Positions 50,349 to 61,626 of a stretch of 64,000 nucleotides of DNA are shown here, piece by piece (position 1 is the first letter of the stretch; the number at the start of each line of letters is the position of its first letter). The notes beneath the pieces were generated by a model. It did no database searches. It saw only the letters and a list, made by a program, of their open reading frames with translations, and had not been told where the DNA came from. Both the position numbers and the translations under genes were made by a program. This DNA comes from a candidate division WS6 bacterium OLB20 (GTDB lineage: Bacteria > Patescibacteriota > Dojkabacteria > B142 > OLB20), in NCBI GenBank assembly GCA_001567355.1, contig JYNZ01000003.1:6655-70654 (forward strand), given 5' to 3'.

Positions 50349-51461
50349 ATGCTTTCAGAACACGAAATTACAGCACACGCTGATGATCTGCGAAACCGTA
50401 TTGCAGCTGTAGCAGAAAAAAAAGATACTGCTGCACTGCAGACTGAGTTCGATTCTCTTAAACAGCAGAGCCAGGATCCCAATCTGTGGAACGACAACGA
50501 GTCAGCTCAAAAGATAATGAAAAAACTCAGTGCCGTCGAATCGGATCTTGAAACTGTCAGAAAACTTCGCCAGCAGCTGGAGGACATTGATGTGATGATC
50601 GAAATGGTGCGCGACCCCGAAAACACGCCTGGCGAACCTGATCCGGATGTCTGGCAGGAGATTGCATCAATGGTGGAGCAACTGGAACGGCAGGTCGACA
50701 GGACCGAAACTACAACGTATCTGTCAGGTAAGTACGACGAATATGATGCGATCATTTCCATCCATGCAGGACAGGGCGGTACCGAAGCCAACGACTGGGC
50801 TGAAATGCTGATGCGAATGTACCTGCGCTACCTAGAGAAGGAAGGTATGGAGGTTGAGATCCTCAACAAAATTGCCGGTAACGAGGCAGGTATCAACACA
50901 GTCAGTATCGAAGCCCGCGGACGCTACGCCTACGGGTATCTCAAGCATGAACACGGGACGCACCGGCTTGTAAGGATATCGCCCTTCAACTCTCAGGGCC
51001 TGCGCCAGACGTCTTTTGCGGGTGTGGAGGTGACCCCCATCATCGATGATGACATTGACGTCAATCTTAAGGACGAGGATATCGAGTTCACTGCTGTCAG
51101 ATCATCGGGAGCAGGCGGTCAGAACGTTAACAAGGTAGCGACATCTGTACGGCTTGTTCACATCCCGACGGGGATCACCGTCACATCGAGCAGCGAACGC
51201 AGCCAGGTGAGAAACCGGGAGATTGCCCGCAATCTGTTAAAAGGAAAACTGTTTCAGATTGAACAGGATAAGATCGAGCAGGAACAGGCCCGGGTAAAGG
51301 GTGAGCACAAAATCGCAGGCTGGGGCAACCAGATCCGTAACTATGTTCTGCATCCGTACAAACTGGTTAAGGATTTGCGGACCGGCGTAGAATCATCAAA
51401 CCCTGATGCCATTCTGGATGGCGACCTGCACGAATTTATTGAAGCAGAGATCAGACTTTAA
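50349..51461 (+). CDS. prfB: Peptide chain release factor 2, encoded without a programmed frameshift
   Basis: SPF tripeptide (RISPFNSQG) and GGQ ([11 protein letters not shown]) motifs; continuous ORF from the Met. Confidence 0.9.
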   Translation: MLSEHEITAHADDLRNRIAAVAEKKDTAALQTEFDSLKQQSQDPNLWNDNESAQKIMKKLSAVESDLETVRKLRQQLEDIDVMIEMVRDPENTPGEPDPDVWQEIASMVEQLERQVDRTETTTYLSGKYDEYDAIISIHAGQGGTEANDWAEMLMRMYLRYLEKEGMEVEILNKIAGNEAGINTVSIEARGRYAYGYLKHEHGTHRLVRISPFNSQGLRQTSFAGVEVTPIIDDDIDVNLKDEDIEFTAVRSSGAGGQNVNKVATSVRLVHIPTGITVTSSSERSQVRNREIARNLLKGKLFQIEQDKIEQEQARVKGEHKIAGWGNQIRNYVLHPYKLVKDLRTGVESSNPDAILDGDLHEFIEAEIRL

Positions 51462-52024
51462 AGCTGCAGTGGCACCGACAGAACCTGTCCAGGGACAATC
51501 AGCGCCTGAGAACCGTTTGCAAGAAATCCTATCTGACCGGCATTCGCATCCCTGATCATAGTCCACATACTGCCGCTGCCGTAGACTGCCTCCGCTATTT
51601 CCCAGAGTGTATCTCCTGACTGTACTGTGTAGTTACCGGGGTTGATATCACCTTCTGCATAGTCGGTGGCGATCCATATGCCTGTCTCCTCGATCAAAAG
51701 CTGCGTGCGGGATGATTTTGCCGCTGCGTCTTCAGTGGCAGCATCAGGTATCTCGGGATCTTCAGAAAAATCACCCTGCGGTTCTTCAACTGTATCGGGG
51801 ATGGGATTAGAATTTTCGTCGAGCTGTTCTCCTGCAATGCTGACGCGCTGGTCTGTTGCGGATTCTTCTGAAATAGATCCCTCACCTCCGCGAATACGGA
51901 ATACCGCTGTTGCAAAGAGAACAATTATTCCGAGCGCAATGATGAGCTGCAGGGCGAGCACAATACCCGGTCGCAGTTTATATCTGACCTGTACGGGATC
52001 ACCCCCCGATGACTTTTGCGGCAT
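51458..52024 (-). CDS. LysM domain protein
   Basis: TM anchor and a C-terminal LysM ([23 protein letters not shown]). Confidence 0.65.
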   Translation of the reverse strand: MPQKSSGGDPVQVRYKLRPGIVLALQLIIALGIIVLFATAVFRIRGGEGSISEESATDQRVSIAGEQLDENSNPIPDTVEEPQGDFSEDPEIPDAATEDAAAKSSRTQLLIEETGIWIATDYAEGDINPGNYTVQSGDTLWEIAEAVYGSGSMWTMIRDANAGQIGFLANGSQALIVPGQVLSVPLQL

Positions 52025-52145
52025 TACTGAATATCACTAAAATAGGGGGCAGTATTGCTGTATACTAGATTGGTACCAACCTGTCTGTCAAATCGACAAA
52101 TTGCCCGAAACCGGATTTTCTATTACACTGTATGACTGAAATACA

Positions 52146-53402
52146 ATGTCAATGATTCAGCTGATCTCTGTTAACAAACAATACGGCCAGGATATTGCGG
52201 CTCTTAGTGATATATCACTCGAAATCCAGGACGGGGAGTTTGTCTTTCTGGTTGGACCCTCCGGGTCCGGTAAAACAACACTCATTAAAATGCTTATCCG
52301 CGAAGAACTGCCGACCGAGGGCAAGATCTTTTTCCACGATGACGACATCACCCGTTACAACAGGCGTCAGGTATATGCACTGCGCCGTAAGATAGGCGTT
52401 ATTTTTCAGGACTACAAACTGATCCCCGAACTGAATGCGTACGAGAATGTCGCATTTGCGATGGAAGCTGCCGGCAGAAGCGACCGTGACATCAAGGAGA
52501 ACGTTCCGTATCTGCTTGATATCGTTGGTCTTTCAAAACGCATGCACTTCTTCCCGCGTATGCTTTCCGGAGGCGAAAAACAGCGTGTTGCAATTGCCCG
52601 GGCCATGGCTAATAATCCCAAGCTGCTGATCGCGGATGAACCGACCGGTAATCTTGACCCCGACTCTGCCTGGGATATCGTCCAGATCCTTTCCAAGATC
52701 AATAACTGGGGTACGACGGTGATCATGTCAACTCACGGATCAGATATCGTTAATTCTCTGCACAAACGCGTTCTGCGTATGGAGGACGGCAAGCTGGTCC
52801 GGGATGATTATCGTGGCAGCTATGACGAGGTGGACGAATTCAGCCTTAAGGTACTGTCGGAATCAAAAAACCAGGCTGGCAAAGCAGCTCTGGTTCAGGA
52901 GCAGCCAAAGCCTGAAGAAGCCGGAACCACTGAGCAGACCGAACAAAAGCAGCCTGTACCTGCAGCTCCGGACCACAAAGACGAAGAACAGGCAGTTCAA
53001 ACACAAGAACCTGCAGCCGATGCAGAAACAAAACCTGTTACCAAGGCATCACTGAAAGAAGAACGAAAAAAGGGCAGGACTGCAAAAGCAGGTTCTGATC
53101 TGCCGGTAAAATCAGACAAAAAGAGTACAAAACAGACAAAAAAGCGGAAAATTTCATTCAGCACAAAAAAGAGAAGACAGAGGATCAGAAAGAACAGGAC
53201 AGCGAGATGGAAAAAAAGGTTCTCGAATCCATTGAAAAAGAAGCTGACGGACAGAACGGCGAATCACAGGATAAGACTGAAGAAGCAAAATCTACATCTT
53301 AAGAATCAGACATGGCCCTGGGAACAATGCTTAAACGCTCGGTTGCGCAAACCTCAAAACAGATTCGCAGAAGTGGCTGGATGGCATGGGCGTCTGTTCT
53401 GA
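52146..53402 (+). CDS. ftsE: Cell-division ABC transporter ATPase FtsE with a long K/Q/E-rich C-terminal tail (possibly a frameshift artefact)
   Basis: Walker [10 protein letters not shown], signature LSGGEKQRV and Walker B LLIADEPT occupy the first about 235 aa. The tail passes through several A-runs and overlaps ftsX. Confidence 0.8.
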   Translation: MSMIQLISVNKQYGQDIAALSDISLEIQDGEFVFLVGPSGSGKTTLIKMLIREELPTEGKIFFHDDDITRYNRRQVYALRRKIGVIFQDYKLIPELNAYENVAFAMEAAGRSDRDIKENVPYLLDIVGLSKRMHFFPRMLSGGEKQRVAIARAMANNPKLLIADEPTGNLDPDSAWDIVQILSKINNWGTTVIMSTHGSDIVNSLHKRVLRMEDGKLVRDDYRGSYDEVDEFSLKVLSESKNQAGKAALVQEQPKPEEAGTTEQTEQKQPVPAAPDHKDEEQAVQTQEPAADAETKPVTKASLKEERKKGRTAKAGSDLPVKSDKKSTKQTKKRKISFSTKKRRQRIRKNRTARWKKRFSNPLKKKLTDRTANHRIRLKKQNLHLKNQTWPWEQCLNARLRKPQNRFAEVAGWHGRLF

Positions 53403-54241
53403 TCATGACGCTGTCGCTTTTCATAGCTTCAGTATTTCTGATGCTGGCATACACCTCAAACCTGTTCCTGCAGTCCATCGAAAGTAAACCTCATATCTAC
53501 GTGTTCTTCAATCCAGGCACATCTGAAGAAAACATTCAGGCGCTTAACGACTCGCTACTTGAGCGTGAAGAGATCGCAACCATCGAATACACAAACGAAG
53601 AAGGCGCTCTGTCAGAGTTCAAGTCTGTGCAGGAACGTACAAACCCGCAGGTGGCAGATAAGATCCGTGATAATGTTCTGCCTGCAAGTCTTGGGATCCG
53701 GCTTACCAGCATAGAAGACGCAGATACTATTATCCAGCTGCTCGAAGAAGAGCAGGAGACCAATACTGATATTTTTACTGTCAGGTTCAGCAAAGAAACC
53801 ATCGACACGATCCGTTCCCTGTTTCAGGCCTTGAGGCTTGGAGGCGGTATCATAATGGCACTGCTGCTGATCGTGATATTCCTGTTTACGCTGCTTACCG
53901 TGGAGTTCAGGACATTCAGCAGACAGGAAGAGATCGGAATCATGCAGCTGGTCGGAGGCAGTGTCTGGTTTATCCGCATGCCGTTCATCCTCGAAGGAGC
54001 TGTGTACGGTGTTCTCGGATCACTTCTTTCCACATCATTCCTGTATGGTCTGTGTTACTTTATCTTTGTCGCCTCACGTGACAGTAAAGAGGTGACATTT
54101 ATTGTTAACTTCCTCGGCAATCTGCAGTGGCCGGATTTTGAAATACTGCACTTTATCCTTCTGTTTATCATCATGCTGGTGATCGGAGGATTGATCGGTA
54201 TGTTCAACGGACTGATTGCCATCAGACGACATATTAAGTAA
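53312..54241 (+). CDS. ftsX: Cell-division permease FtsX
   Basis: N-terminal TM, large periplasmic loop and three C-terminal TM helices; directly downstream of ftsE. Confidence 0.8.
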   Translation: MALGTMLKRSVAQTSKQIRRSGWMAWASVLIMTLSLFIASVFLMLAYTSNLFLQSIESKPHIYVFFNPGTSEENIQALNDSLLEREEIATIEYTNEEGALSEFKSVQERTNPQVADKIRDNVLPASLGIRLTSIEDADTIIQLLEEEQETNTDIFTVRFSKETIDTIRSLFQALRLGGGIIMALLLIVIFLFTLLTVEFRTFSRQEEIGIMQLVGGSVWFIRMPFILEGAVYGVLGSLLSTSFLYGLCYFIFVASRDSKEVTFIVNFLGNLQWPDFEILHFILLFIIMLVIGGLIGMFNGLIAIRRHIK

Positions 54242-54314
54242 CACCCCGGACACCGGCAACGTATTTCCTGTTAACTTGCCTAATCAGGCATTACTGATTT
54301 AGAATGATACTGTT

Positions 54315-55571
54315 ATGCACACACGACTGAGATCAAAACTGCATACGCTAGGTGTTGTTATCTCCCTCTTTGCAGCTGTTGTAATCATGCTCCCTGCCCC
54401 GGTACAGGCAGGAGTAGAGGATGACCTTCGTGAAGTGCAGGAGAAACTGGAAGAGCTGCGTAAGAAAAAAGAGGGTATCAATAACAACATCAACTCCGAA
54501 AAAGAAAAGTCCAACCAGTACACCAGCGAGCTTTACTCACTTAAGAACAAGATCGATCTTCTCGGTACCGAAATCGAAGAGAAAGAACTGACCATAGAGG
54601 AGCTGCAACTGCAGATCGCAATCCTGGAAGAAAACATCATTGCGGCAAAAAGCCAGATCGAACAAGCTGAGAGCGAAGTTGCCAAGCTGCAGGGCGAAAC
54701 TGATGAACGTCTGGTGGATATGTATATTTCCCAGAAGATGTTCAGTAATCTTGACCTGTTTGTTAACGCAGAGGGTACCGATGTTATCAAGATTGACCTG
54801 TATCAGAACGCGCTACAGCAGCAGACCAACACAATGCTTGAGGAGCTTGATCTGAAAAAAGCGCAGCTGGCCGAACAGAAGCTTAAACTCGAAGAGGACA
54901 AGGTACAGGTAGAACGTGACGAGGTTCAGATTCAGGAGGAGAAAATCGCCCTGGAAAAAGACAAAGAAGAGATTGATCAGCAAAGGGCAATCTATTACCG
55001 CAAACGTAACGAAAGCCTTGCCAAGATCGATTCGCAGGAGGATCAGCTGGCACTGGTTACAGAAGAGGAACAGATGGCACTGGCTGAACAGCGCAGACTG
55101 GAGCAGATTGTATTTGACCGTGTAAATTCCATCCCTAACGGTGCATACGTCACACGAGGCACGATTATCGGGGCTCAGGGCTGCACGGGATACTGCACAG
55201 GTCCGCATCTTCACTTTGGAACAGTACTTAACGGCGTCTACCAGAACCCCTGTTCATTGATACCGGCTGGCAGTCTTGGTGGCTGTGGTGGCGGTAACGG
55301 TACCATCAGCTTCCCCATGAGCGGAAGCTATGTTCTTACGAGCGGTTACGGCTGGCGCTGGGGAAAATTCCACTACGGTCTTGATATAGCCAATTACAAC
55401 TCGTCAGCGCCTATCTATGCTGCACACGATGGATATATGATCTCAGGATTTGAACCATGCTCGTCCTCAAATCCGCTGTGTAAAAATGGAGGCGCAAACT
55501 ACAAGATCATCTGCCAGAACAAGAACAACTGCAATAACGGTCTTAAGACTCTGTACTGGCATCTTCGCTAG
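54315..55571 (+). CDS. Coiled-coil M23 family peptidase (EnvC-like murein hydrolase activator or endopeptidase)
   Basis: Signal peptide, a long coiled-coil region, and a C-terminal M23 HLHFGT...GYGWRWGKFHYGLD motif. Confidence 0.75.
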   Translation: MHTRLRSKLHTLGVVISLFAAVVIMLPAPVQAGVEDDLREVQEKLEELRKKKEGINNNINSEKEKSNQYTSELYSLKNKIDLLGTEIEEKELTIEELQLQIAILEENIIAAKSQIEQAESEVAKLQGETDERLVDMYISQKMFSNLDLFVNAEGTDVIKIDLYQNALQQQTNTMLEELDLKKAQLAEQKLKLEEDKVQVERDEVQIQEEKIALEKDKEEIDQQRAIYYRKRNESLAKIDSQEDQLALVTEEEQMALAEQRRLEQIVFDRVNSIPNGAYVTRGTIIGAQGCTGYCTGPHLHFGTVLNGVYQNPCSLIPAGSLGGCGGGNGTISFPMSGSYVLTSGYGWRWGKFHYGLDIANYNSSAPIYAAHDGYMISGFEPCSSSNPLCKNGGANYKIICQNKNNCNNGLKTLYWHLR

Positions 55572-55635
55572 AAGTTAAGGACTGTTTAAGCCTGCAATCT
55601 GTAGACTGACTGCATTAGCATTACTTTCTACGGAC

Positions 55636-56592
55636 ATGCAACGAATATTCCTGCTGATAACCGGACTCACCGCCATTATAATCCTTCCTGTTCTGGTTCA
55701 GGCCTCGGTTCCTTCGTCCCTGACAATTACCGAACTGATGCCCAACCCCGACGGAAGCGATACCACTGGTGAATGGATAGAGCTGCTGGTCAGTGCTGAT
55801 TCACCTGTTAATCTTTCAGATTGGAGCCTCAACGGAATGCCGCTACCAGACATTGATATAGAACCCGGTTTTGTAATCCTTGCACGCAATGCCGGTTTCG
55901 TCCGCACGCTGGTTCCTGCTCAGGTACCGGTACTTGAGCATCAGTTTTCGCTGCCCAATGGCGGAGGTACAGTTTCGCTCAGCGGAGCAAATGAGGATGC
56001 ATTTACCTACCCGCAGTCACATGAAGGACGCAGCTTTGAACTGCTCACAGGTGAATGCAGGTTGATTGCAGAACATCAAACCGGCACTCCCGGGGAACAC
56101 AACTCGGCTTGTGTCACACCCAGTACAACTGTACAGATACCCTCGACTAGCAGTGACTTTATTCTCTATATTTCAGCTCTGCTTCCGTACCCGAAGTCCG
56201 GTGACGAATGGACTGAGATCACTAATCTCGGTCCTGATCAGGCCGACCTGAGCGGCTGGTTTCTCAGGGATGCATCAGGCAGACAGACACCGTTACATGG
56301 TACTGCTGCTGCCGGAGAGATCAGACGGATCAATGGCGGGGGTATTACGCTAAACAATGATGGTGACACGATCTACCTTGTCTCGCCGGAAGGTATGGTG
56401 ACTGACGTTGTTTCATATAGTGCAAGCATTATGGGAGTTGCAATAACAACGGGATCCGTCTCAGCCCATGAGGAACCTCTGCACAAAGAAACGACTGCGC
56501 TTGAAACTGAATTTCAGGGTAAGCCTCAGCAGGATAGCAACTCCGCGGCATCTGTATACCGGATACCTCGGTTTTATCCCTCAGGAAAGTGA
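55636..56592 (+). CDS. Secreted lamin-tail-domain (LTD) protein with two LTD repeats
   Basis: ITELMPNPDGSDTTGEWIELLV and GDEWTEITNLGPDQADLSGWFLRD. Confidence 0.65.
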   Translation: MQRIFLLITGLTAIIILPVLVQASVPSSLTITELMPNPDGSDTTGEWIELLVSADSPVNLSDWSLNGMPLPDIDIEPGFVILARNAGFVRTLVPAQVPVLEHQFSLPNGGGTVSLSGANEDAFTYPQSHEGRSFELLTGECRLIAEHQTGTPGEHNSACVTPSTTVQIPSTSSDFILYISALLPYPKSGDEWTEITNLGPDQADLSGWFLRDASGRQTPLHGTAAAGEIRRINGGGITLNNDGDTIYLVSPEGMVTDVVSYSASIMGVAITTGSVSAHEEPLHKETTALETEFQGKPQQDSNSAASVYRIPRFYPSGK

Positions 56593-57526
56593 TTCGATAT
56601 CAACCGTATCGGCAATTGAGACATCCGCAATGCTGGTTCTTGTAAGCTGGAGCAGTGTGGCAGGTGTACCCAGTGCGTCCCCGATATCCTCTGCCAGCTG
56701 ACGTACATAGGTGCCTTTGGAACAATGAACTCTGATCCTGGCAACAGTAAACTGTTCAGGAGCATTTTCAGGAAGCTGCAGTTCGGCGAGTTCGTTGCCT
56801 GCTGCTGTTCGGCATGAGATAAGACTGATGTCATAGATCGAAATCCGTCTGCGCGGAACAGGAATATCCAGTGCCGGAGCGTTTGAACCCTCTACCGGGG
56901 TAAGTATGAGATGCTTATGCATCTCATCATCAAAACTGACTGATTTCGCGTAGCGTTCGTCACGCATGAGAACACGCAGTTTTTTTCCATCCACTTTGAC
57001 AGAACTGTAAAGGGAGACATACTGATCGATCTCTCCTCTAAACTGATCCAGAACACTGCTGATATCCGCCTCATTCAACCCGGTACTGTCGCCGGTCGCT
57101 GTGACAGCACCTTCGCGGTCCTGTGTATCGGTAGCAACCCCAAAAAAGTACGTCCGCCTCATATGCCTTATCAAGATTTAGCAGCTGATCAGCCTTTTGT
57201 CGCCCGTCCGACCAGCACAAGCATGAGACCGTCAGCAAATACGTCAAGCGCCCCTGCGTGTCCGACTTTACGGGTGCCAAGTTTTTTCGGACCTGGTCGA
57301 CAAGGTCATGCGACGATATTCCTGCCGGCTTGTTAAGCGCGAGCAGAGCAGTTGGTCTGCCAAACTCATCGCGCATGATTTTGTTTATGGTATCTTTTAG
57401 CAACATGCGTGCAATTGTAACAGATTGCAGATGCCAATTACATTTTAGCCAGACTGATATGCCGATTACACAAAGCACCGGAACTCCCCCCGGCTGGCCG
57501 GCACCTGATTTCATGCTGCCGGGCAC
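56581..57526 (-). CDS. truB: tRNA pseudouridine(55) synthase, split by a frameshift between 57071 and 57174
   Basis: [16 protein letters not shown] in the upstream ORF and [11 protein letters not shown]...[13 protein letters not shown] in the downstream ORF. Confidence 0.75.
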
Positions 57527-58019
57527 TGACGGGAGGGATTATCTGCTGACTGACTTTACAGCAAAAGAAGGCACCCTGATCATCTTCACCTGCAATCACT
57601 GTCCGTACGCAAAAGCCCTGTGGCCGGTTTTTATCAAACTGCATGAGGAGTTTGGAGACAGCATAGACTTTGTGGCAATCAACCCCAATGATGACAGCGC
57701 TTATCCCGAGGACTCGTTTGCTGTGATGAAAGAGAAAGCGGAGGAGTGGAGGATTCCGTTTCCGTATCTGCGCGATCAGAGTCAGACAGTTGCTGACAGT
57801 TACCATGCAGTCTGTACCCCTGATTCATTCCTGTTCAGAAATGCAGGTGGAACACTCGAGCTCTTCTATCGCGGTAAGGTAAATGATAACTGGCAGGAAC
57901 CAGACAACGTTACAACGCACTATCTCAGAGATGCAATTGAACTGCTGCTCGCAGGAAAACCCGCTCCGGTTGAGCAGCCGCCATCTGTCGGATGCAGTAT
58001 TAAATGGAAACAGACCTGA
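57459..58019 (+). CDS. Thioredoxin-fold redoxin (AhpC/TSA/TlpA-like)
   Basis: A TCNHCPY CxxC active site in a thioredoxin fold. Confidence 0.6.
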   Translation: MPITQSTGTPPGWPAPDFMLPGTDGRDYLLTDFTAKEGTLIIFTCNHCPYAKALWPVFIKLHEEFGDSIDFVAINPNDDSAYPEDSFAVMKEKAEEWRIPFPYLRDQSQTVADSYHAVCTPDSFLFRNAGGTLELFYRGKVNDNWQEPDNVTTHYLRDAIELLLAGKPAPVEQPPSVGCSIKWKQT

Positions 58020-58054
58020 TCGACATCATTTCAGCAATGCGGTAGAGTAACTAT

Positions 58055-58996
58055 ATGTACACTGATGCACTGACAATCTTCGCAGGAATGCTCGTGCTTG
58101 TTGGCGCCAGCGGTCTGTTTGTTCATGCTGTCTCAAGCGCCGGCAGAATACTCAAGCTGCGTGAGTTCTCGGTAGTATTTGTGTTGCTGGGTTTTGCCAC
58201 TGTAGCACCAGAACTGTTTATCGGTCTCAATGCCGTACACGCTGGCATTCCGGAGCTGGCTTTTGGCAATGCAATAGGTACTTCCATCGCCAGTCTCAGT
58301 TTTATCGGCGGAATGATCGCAGTATTTTCGCATTCATTTAAGACAAAAAACTTCTTCCATCACCGTGACCTGTCATCGCTGACCATTTCTGTTGTACTTC
58401 TGTTTCTCCTTGCTTCTGACGGCTACCTGTCAAGGCTCGACGGTACTGTGCTGCTCATTGCTTTCGCATACTATCTTCTCAATCTTATTCAGTACAGAAA
58501 AGCGTTCTCGCTGAAGATCAAAGAGCCGAAGAAGACACTTGCAGTGCATCTGTTTATTATGCTGGTCAGTCTGCTGGCTATGCATTTCTCGTCTCAGGCG
58601 ATCGTGTTTGCAGGTAAAGACCTGGCTGTGACAACCGGTCTTACTCCGTTTCTTATTGCTGTGGCCCTCATCGCTCCGATAGGTGCTATCCCTGAACTAA
58701 TCGTAGAGCTAGAGCTTGTCCGTTCAAAGTTGAGCAACCTCAGTTTCGGAGATCTGTTTACGTCAGTGGTGGTTAACTCAACACTGGTGATCGGGATTCT
58801 CTCAGCTGTAAGTCCCTTTACTGTGCAGGTTACAGAACTTGTGCAGTTCAGCGTTCTGTTTATGGTCATTATTCTAATGCTGTTCAACTATTTTGTGCGC
58901 AGCAGGGACGAACTGAGCTGGCAGGAGGGTCTGTTTCTGGTTATCTCCTACTTCTTTTTCATCACGTCGATCTTTATCGTCAGCGGAGCCGCCTGA
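58055..58996 (+). CDS. CaCA family cation antiporter (YrbG-like)
   Basis: Two alpha-repeats (GNAIGTSIASLS, FGDLFTSVVVNSTLVIG) in a 10-TM protein. Confidence 0.7.
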   Translation: MYTDALTIFAGMLVLVGASGLFVHAVSSAGRILKLREFSVVFVLLGFATVAPELFIGLNAVHAGIPELAFGNAIGTSIASLSFIGGMIAVFSHSFKTKNFFHHRDLSSLTISVVLLFLLASDGYLSRLDGTVLLIAFAYYLLNLIQYRKAFSLKIKEPKKTLAVHLFIMLVSLLAMHFSSQAIVFAGKDLAVTTGLTPFLIAVALIAPIGAIPELIVELELVRSKLSNLSFGDLFTSVVVNSTLVIGILSAVSPFTVQVTELVQFSVLFMVIILMLFNYFVRSRDELSWQEGLFLVISYFFFITSIFIVSGAA

Positions 58997-59068
58997 TCAA
59001 AGATCAGCTTCTGTTACTGCAACTGCCTCGGACAATGGTATGATAGGAATACCTGAACTGATCTCAAC

Positions 59069-60517
59069 GTGAACACCTCCCAGCTGAAAAATCACGACTG
59101 GTTTATTACGGCGATTGTTCTTCTGCTGCTGGCGATCAGCGTAATCACTATCTTCTCAACAACCGTAAACTCTGTTTCTGAGGCGCAGGGTGCGGGTACG
59201 TTGCCTAAGCAGCTGATCTTTATCGTTGTCGGCATGATTGCCTACTTCGCAATCTCGATGACTGACGTCACCTGGCTCCAGACCAAACCACTGATACACG
59301 CGGTTTATGCTCTTATCCTCATCTCGCTGGTCGCTGTTTTATTCGTAGGGCAGAACATTGCCGGCACCAATCGCTGGATCGATATCGGTTTTTTCTCGTT
59401 TCAGCCGTCAGAATATGCGAAGATTGCCCTTATCCTCATGATCGCCGCAATCTTTACTCTCAATGACCGTGTTCTTTCAGGGCAGCCGGCAACCTTCCTT
59501 CGCGGTGCAACTGTTTCAAGGAGACGTTCGCCCGGCATTACGCTATCTTCGATAGTAAGAATACCCGACGAACACCCGGTTCTATGGCGACTGATCCTTG
59601 CAACAGCCGCTGCTTTTCCTGTTGTGATACTGACAGTCATCCAGCCATCACTCGGCAATGCTGTCATTATCACGCTGATATGGGGCATCATGCTGTTTAC
59701 TCTTTTTCCCGATCAGCTGCGTCTGCTGCTGTTTATTGCCATACAGATACTGCTTCTGTTCCTGCTGTCACAGGTATTCACTATCGAACGCAGCGGTTAT
59801 GATATGGTTGCTACATTTGCTGCTCACTCCGCCAACTGGCTGCTGATTATCCCCGGTCTGATTCTGACAGCCGGTCTAATGTTTGCAGCCCATTTCAAAC
59901 CTGTATACATGCTTGCAGTACCGCTTGTAACCGTTCTGGTCTTCTTCGGATTCATATACATCTGGAATAATCACATCACCGGATACCAGAAAGACCGGAT
60001 TGATACATTTGTAAGCGGGCCCGAGTCAGATCCGCTTGGTACCGGTTATCAGGTCAGACAGTCCAGGATTGCAATCGGTTCAGGACGTCTCTATGGCAGA
60101 GGGTTTCTGGGTGGCACACAGAGCAGTCTAAATGTGCTGACACAGGCTCATACCGACTTCGTATTTGCTGCACTTAGTGAGCAGTTCGGCTTTATCGGAT
60201 CCGTAATCCTTCTGGTGCTATACCTTGTCCTGATTATTCGAATCCTCAAGACAGGTCTGGAATCGAGCAGTGATTTTGGACGGGTGGTGGCGCTTGGTAT
60301 TGCTACCATGATCCTGCTGCATGTTTTTATTAACGTCGGTATGAACATGGGTAAGCTACCTGTTACCGGTATTCCGCTGCCCCTGTTAAGTTACGGAGGA
60401 AGCTCTGTGCTTGTAACAGCAATCTCACTGGGTATAGTGCAGTCAATTGCCGGAAGCAAGCGTGCTGTTGACATTTCGGATACTTTGATGGTAAGATCTC
60501 AAAGCCAACTGCATTAG
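59069..60517 (+). CDS. SEDS family FtsW/RodA protein (second copy)
   Basis: The polytopic C-terminal half carries the PLPLLSYGGSS motif; the N-terminal extension is longer than usual. Confidence 0.8.
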   Translation: MNTSQLKNHDWFITAIVLLLLAISVITIFSTTVNSVSEAQGAGTLPKQLIFIVVGMIAYFAISMTDVTWLQTKPLIHAVYALILISLVAVLFVGQNIAGTNRWIDIGFFSFQPSEYAKIALILMIAAIFTLNDRVLSGQPATFLRGATVSRRRSPGITLSSIVRIPDEHPVLWRLILATAAAFPVVILTVIQPSLGNAVIITLIWGIMLFTLFPDQLRLLLFIAIQILLLFLLSQVFTIERSGYDMVATFAAHSANWLLIIPGLILTAGLMFAAHFKPVYMLAVPLVTVLVFFGFIYIWNNHITGYQKDRIDTFVSGPESDPLGTGYQVRQSRIAIGSGRLYGRGFLGGTQSSLNVLTQAHTDFVFAALSEQFGFIGSVILLVLYLVLIIRILKTGLESSSDFGRVVALGIATMILLHVFINVGMNMGKLPVTGIPLPLLSYGGSSVLVTAISLGIVQSIAGSKRAVDISDTLMVRSQSQLH

Positions 60518-60526
60518 AAATTTACC

Positions 60527-60850
60527 ATGAAAACAGCAGACAAATTCGCCGTTGTAAAGTTTAATAACGCTCAGTATAAAGTGAGTGAGGGTAGTGTTAT
60601 CGAGGTTAACCGCATCAGCGGCGAGCCTGGAGATAAACTCGAAATGAACGATGTTCTGCTTACAGCTGACGGGGAGTCTGTTGCTGTAGGCACACCAACC
60701 GTTGCCAAAGCAAAGGTTACAGGAGAGATTGTTGAACACTTCCGTGGCGAGAAGATCTCAATGATGACATACAAAGCCAAAGCTCGCAGCAGGCGCCGCG
60801 CAGGTCACCGCCAGGAGCTTACCAAGATTAAAATCACCAAGATTTCATAA
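60527..60850 (+). CDS. rplU: 50S ribosomal protein L21
   Basis: FAVVKFNNAQYKVSEGSVIEV. Confidence 0.9.
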   Translation: MKTADKFAVVKFNNAQYKVSEGSVIEVNRISGEPGDKLEMNDVLLTADGESVAVGTPTVAKAKVTGEIVEHFRGEKISMMTYKAKARSRRRAGHRQELTKIKITKIS

Positions 60851-60853
60851 GAC

Positions 60854-61117
60854 ATGGCACATACAAAAGCCCAGGGAGCAGCAAAACGTACAGTAAATAT
60901 TGCAGGCAAACGTCTGGGAGTTAAAAAATATGCAGGTGAAAACGTAATCAGCGGTAACATCATCATCAGACAGCGTGGTTCCAAGTTTCACCCCGGCAAA
61001 AACACTGCAATGGGCAAGGATTTTACAATCTTTGCAACAGCAGACGGTGTTGTCCGTTTTCGTGATATGACAGGTAATCACAGCGGTCAGAAATTTGTAG
61101 ACGTCGTCTCAGAATAA
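60854..61117 (+). CDS. rpmA: 50S ribosomal protein L27
   Basis: [29 protein letters not shown]. Confidence 0.9.
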   Translation: MAHTKAQGAAKRTVNIAGKRLGVKKYAGENVISGNIIIRQRGSKFHPGKNTAMGKDFTIFATADGVVRFRDMTGNHSGQKFVDVVSE

Positions 61118-61170
61118 TCCCCAACACGCGTGTGAGAGTGGTATACTTGCTTCAATAACGAAGATCCTAT

Positions 61171-61626
61171 ATGCGCGCACTTATTCAACGGGTCAGCCGG
61201 GCAACATGTCACTCAGGAGGAATCATTACCGGAAGCATCGAAGCCGGACTGCTGATCTTTCTTGGCATACGTTCATCAGATACATCTGAAGATACCTCCT
61301 ATCTGGTGAGAAAACTCCAGACACTTAAGCTTTTCGAGGACACAACAGGAAAGTTCCAGCTGACACTGCCGGAATCAAAAGGATCTATCCTGCTCATATC
61401 ACAGTTTACACTCTACGGATCACTGAAGAAGGGCACAAAGCCAGATTTTTCAAAAGCAATGCAACCGCAGAAAGCCCGCGCGTTTTTTGACGATGTAACA
61501 GCAGAGCTTAAACAATACTTCAGCGTCGCAACGGGAAGTTTTGGCAACTATATGCAAATCACATCTGTCAACGAAGGACCTGTATCATTTATGCTGACAA
61601 CGGATCATCTAAAACATCATGACTGA
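61171..61626 (+). CDS. dtd: D-aminoacyl-tRNA deacylase
   Basis: MRALIQRV...SQFTLYG...NEGPVSF. Confidence 0.85.
   Translation: MRALIQRVSRATCHSGGIITGSIEAGLLIFLGIRSSDTSEDTSYLVRKLQTLKLFEDTTGKFQLTLPESKGSILLISQFTLYGSLKKGTKPDFSKAMQPQKARAFFDDVTAELKQYFSVATGSFGNYMQITSVNEGPVSFMLTTDHLKHHD

Noticed and set aside
50349-50500. A programmed +1 frameshift site in prfB
   Set aside because: The ORF is continuous from its Met through the region that aligns downstream of the E. coli shift site. No in-frame UGA or CUU-UGA-C context is present.
52850-53402. The FtsE C-terminal K/Q-rich extension as a real domain
   Set aside because: It traverses several A-runs in an assembly prone to homopolymer indels and overlaps ftsX by 90 nt. 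It is most likely frame-shifted read-through, although such tails are known in some uncultivated lineages, so it is kept in the CDS call with a note.
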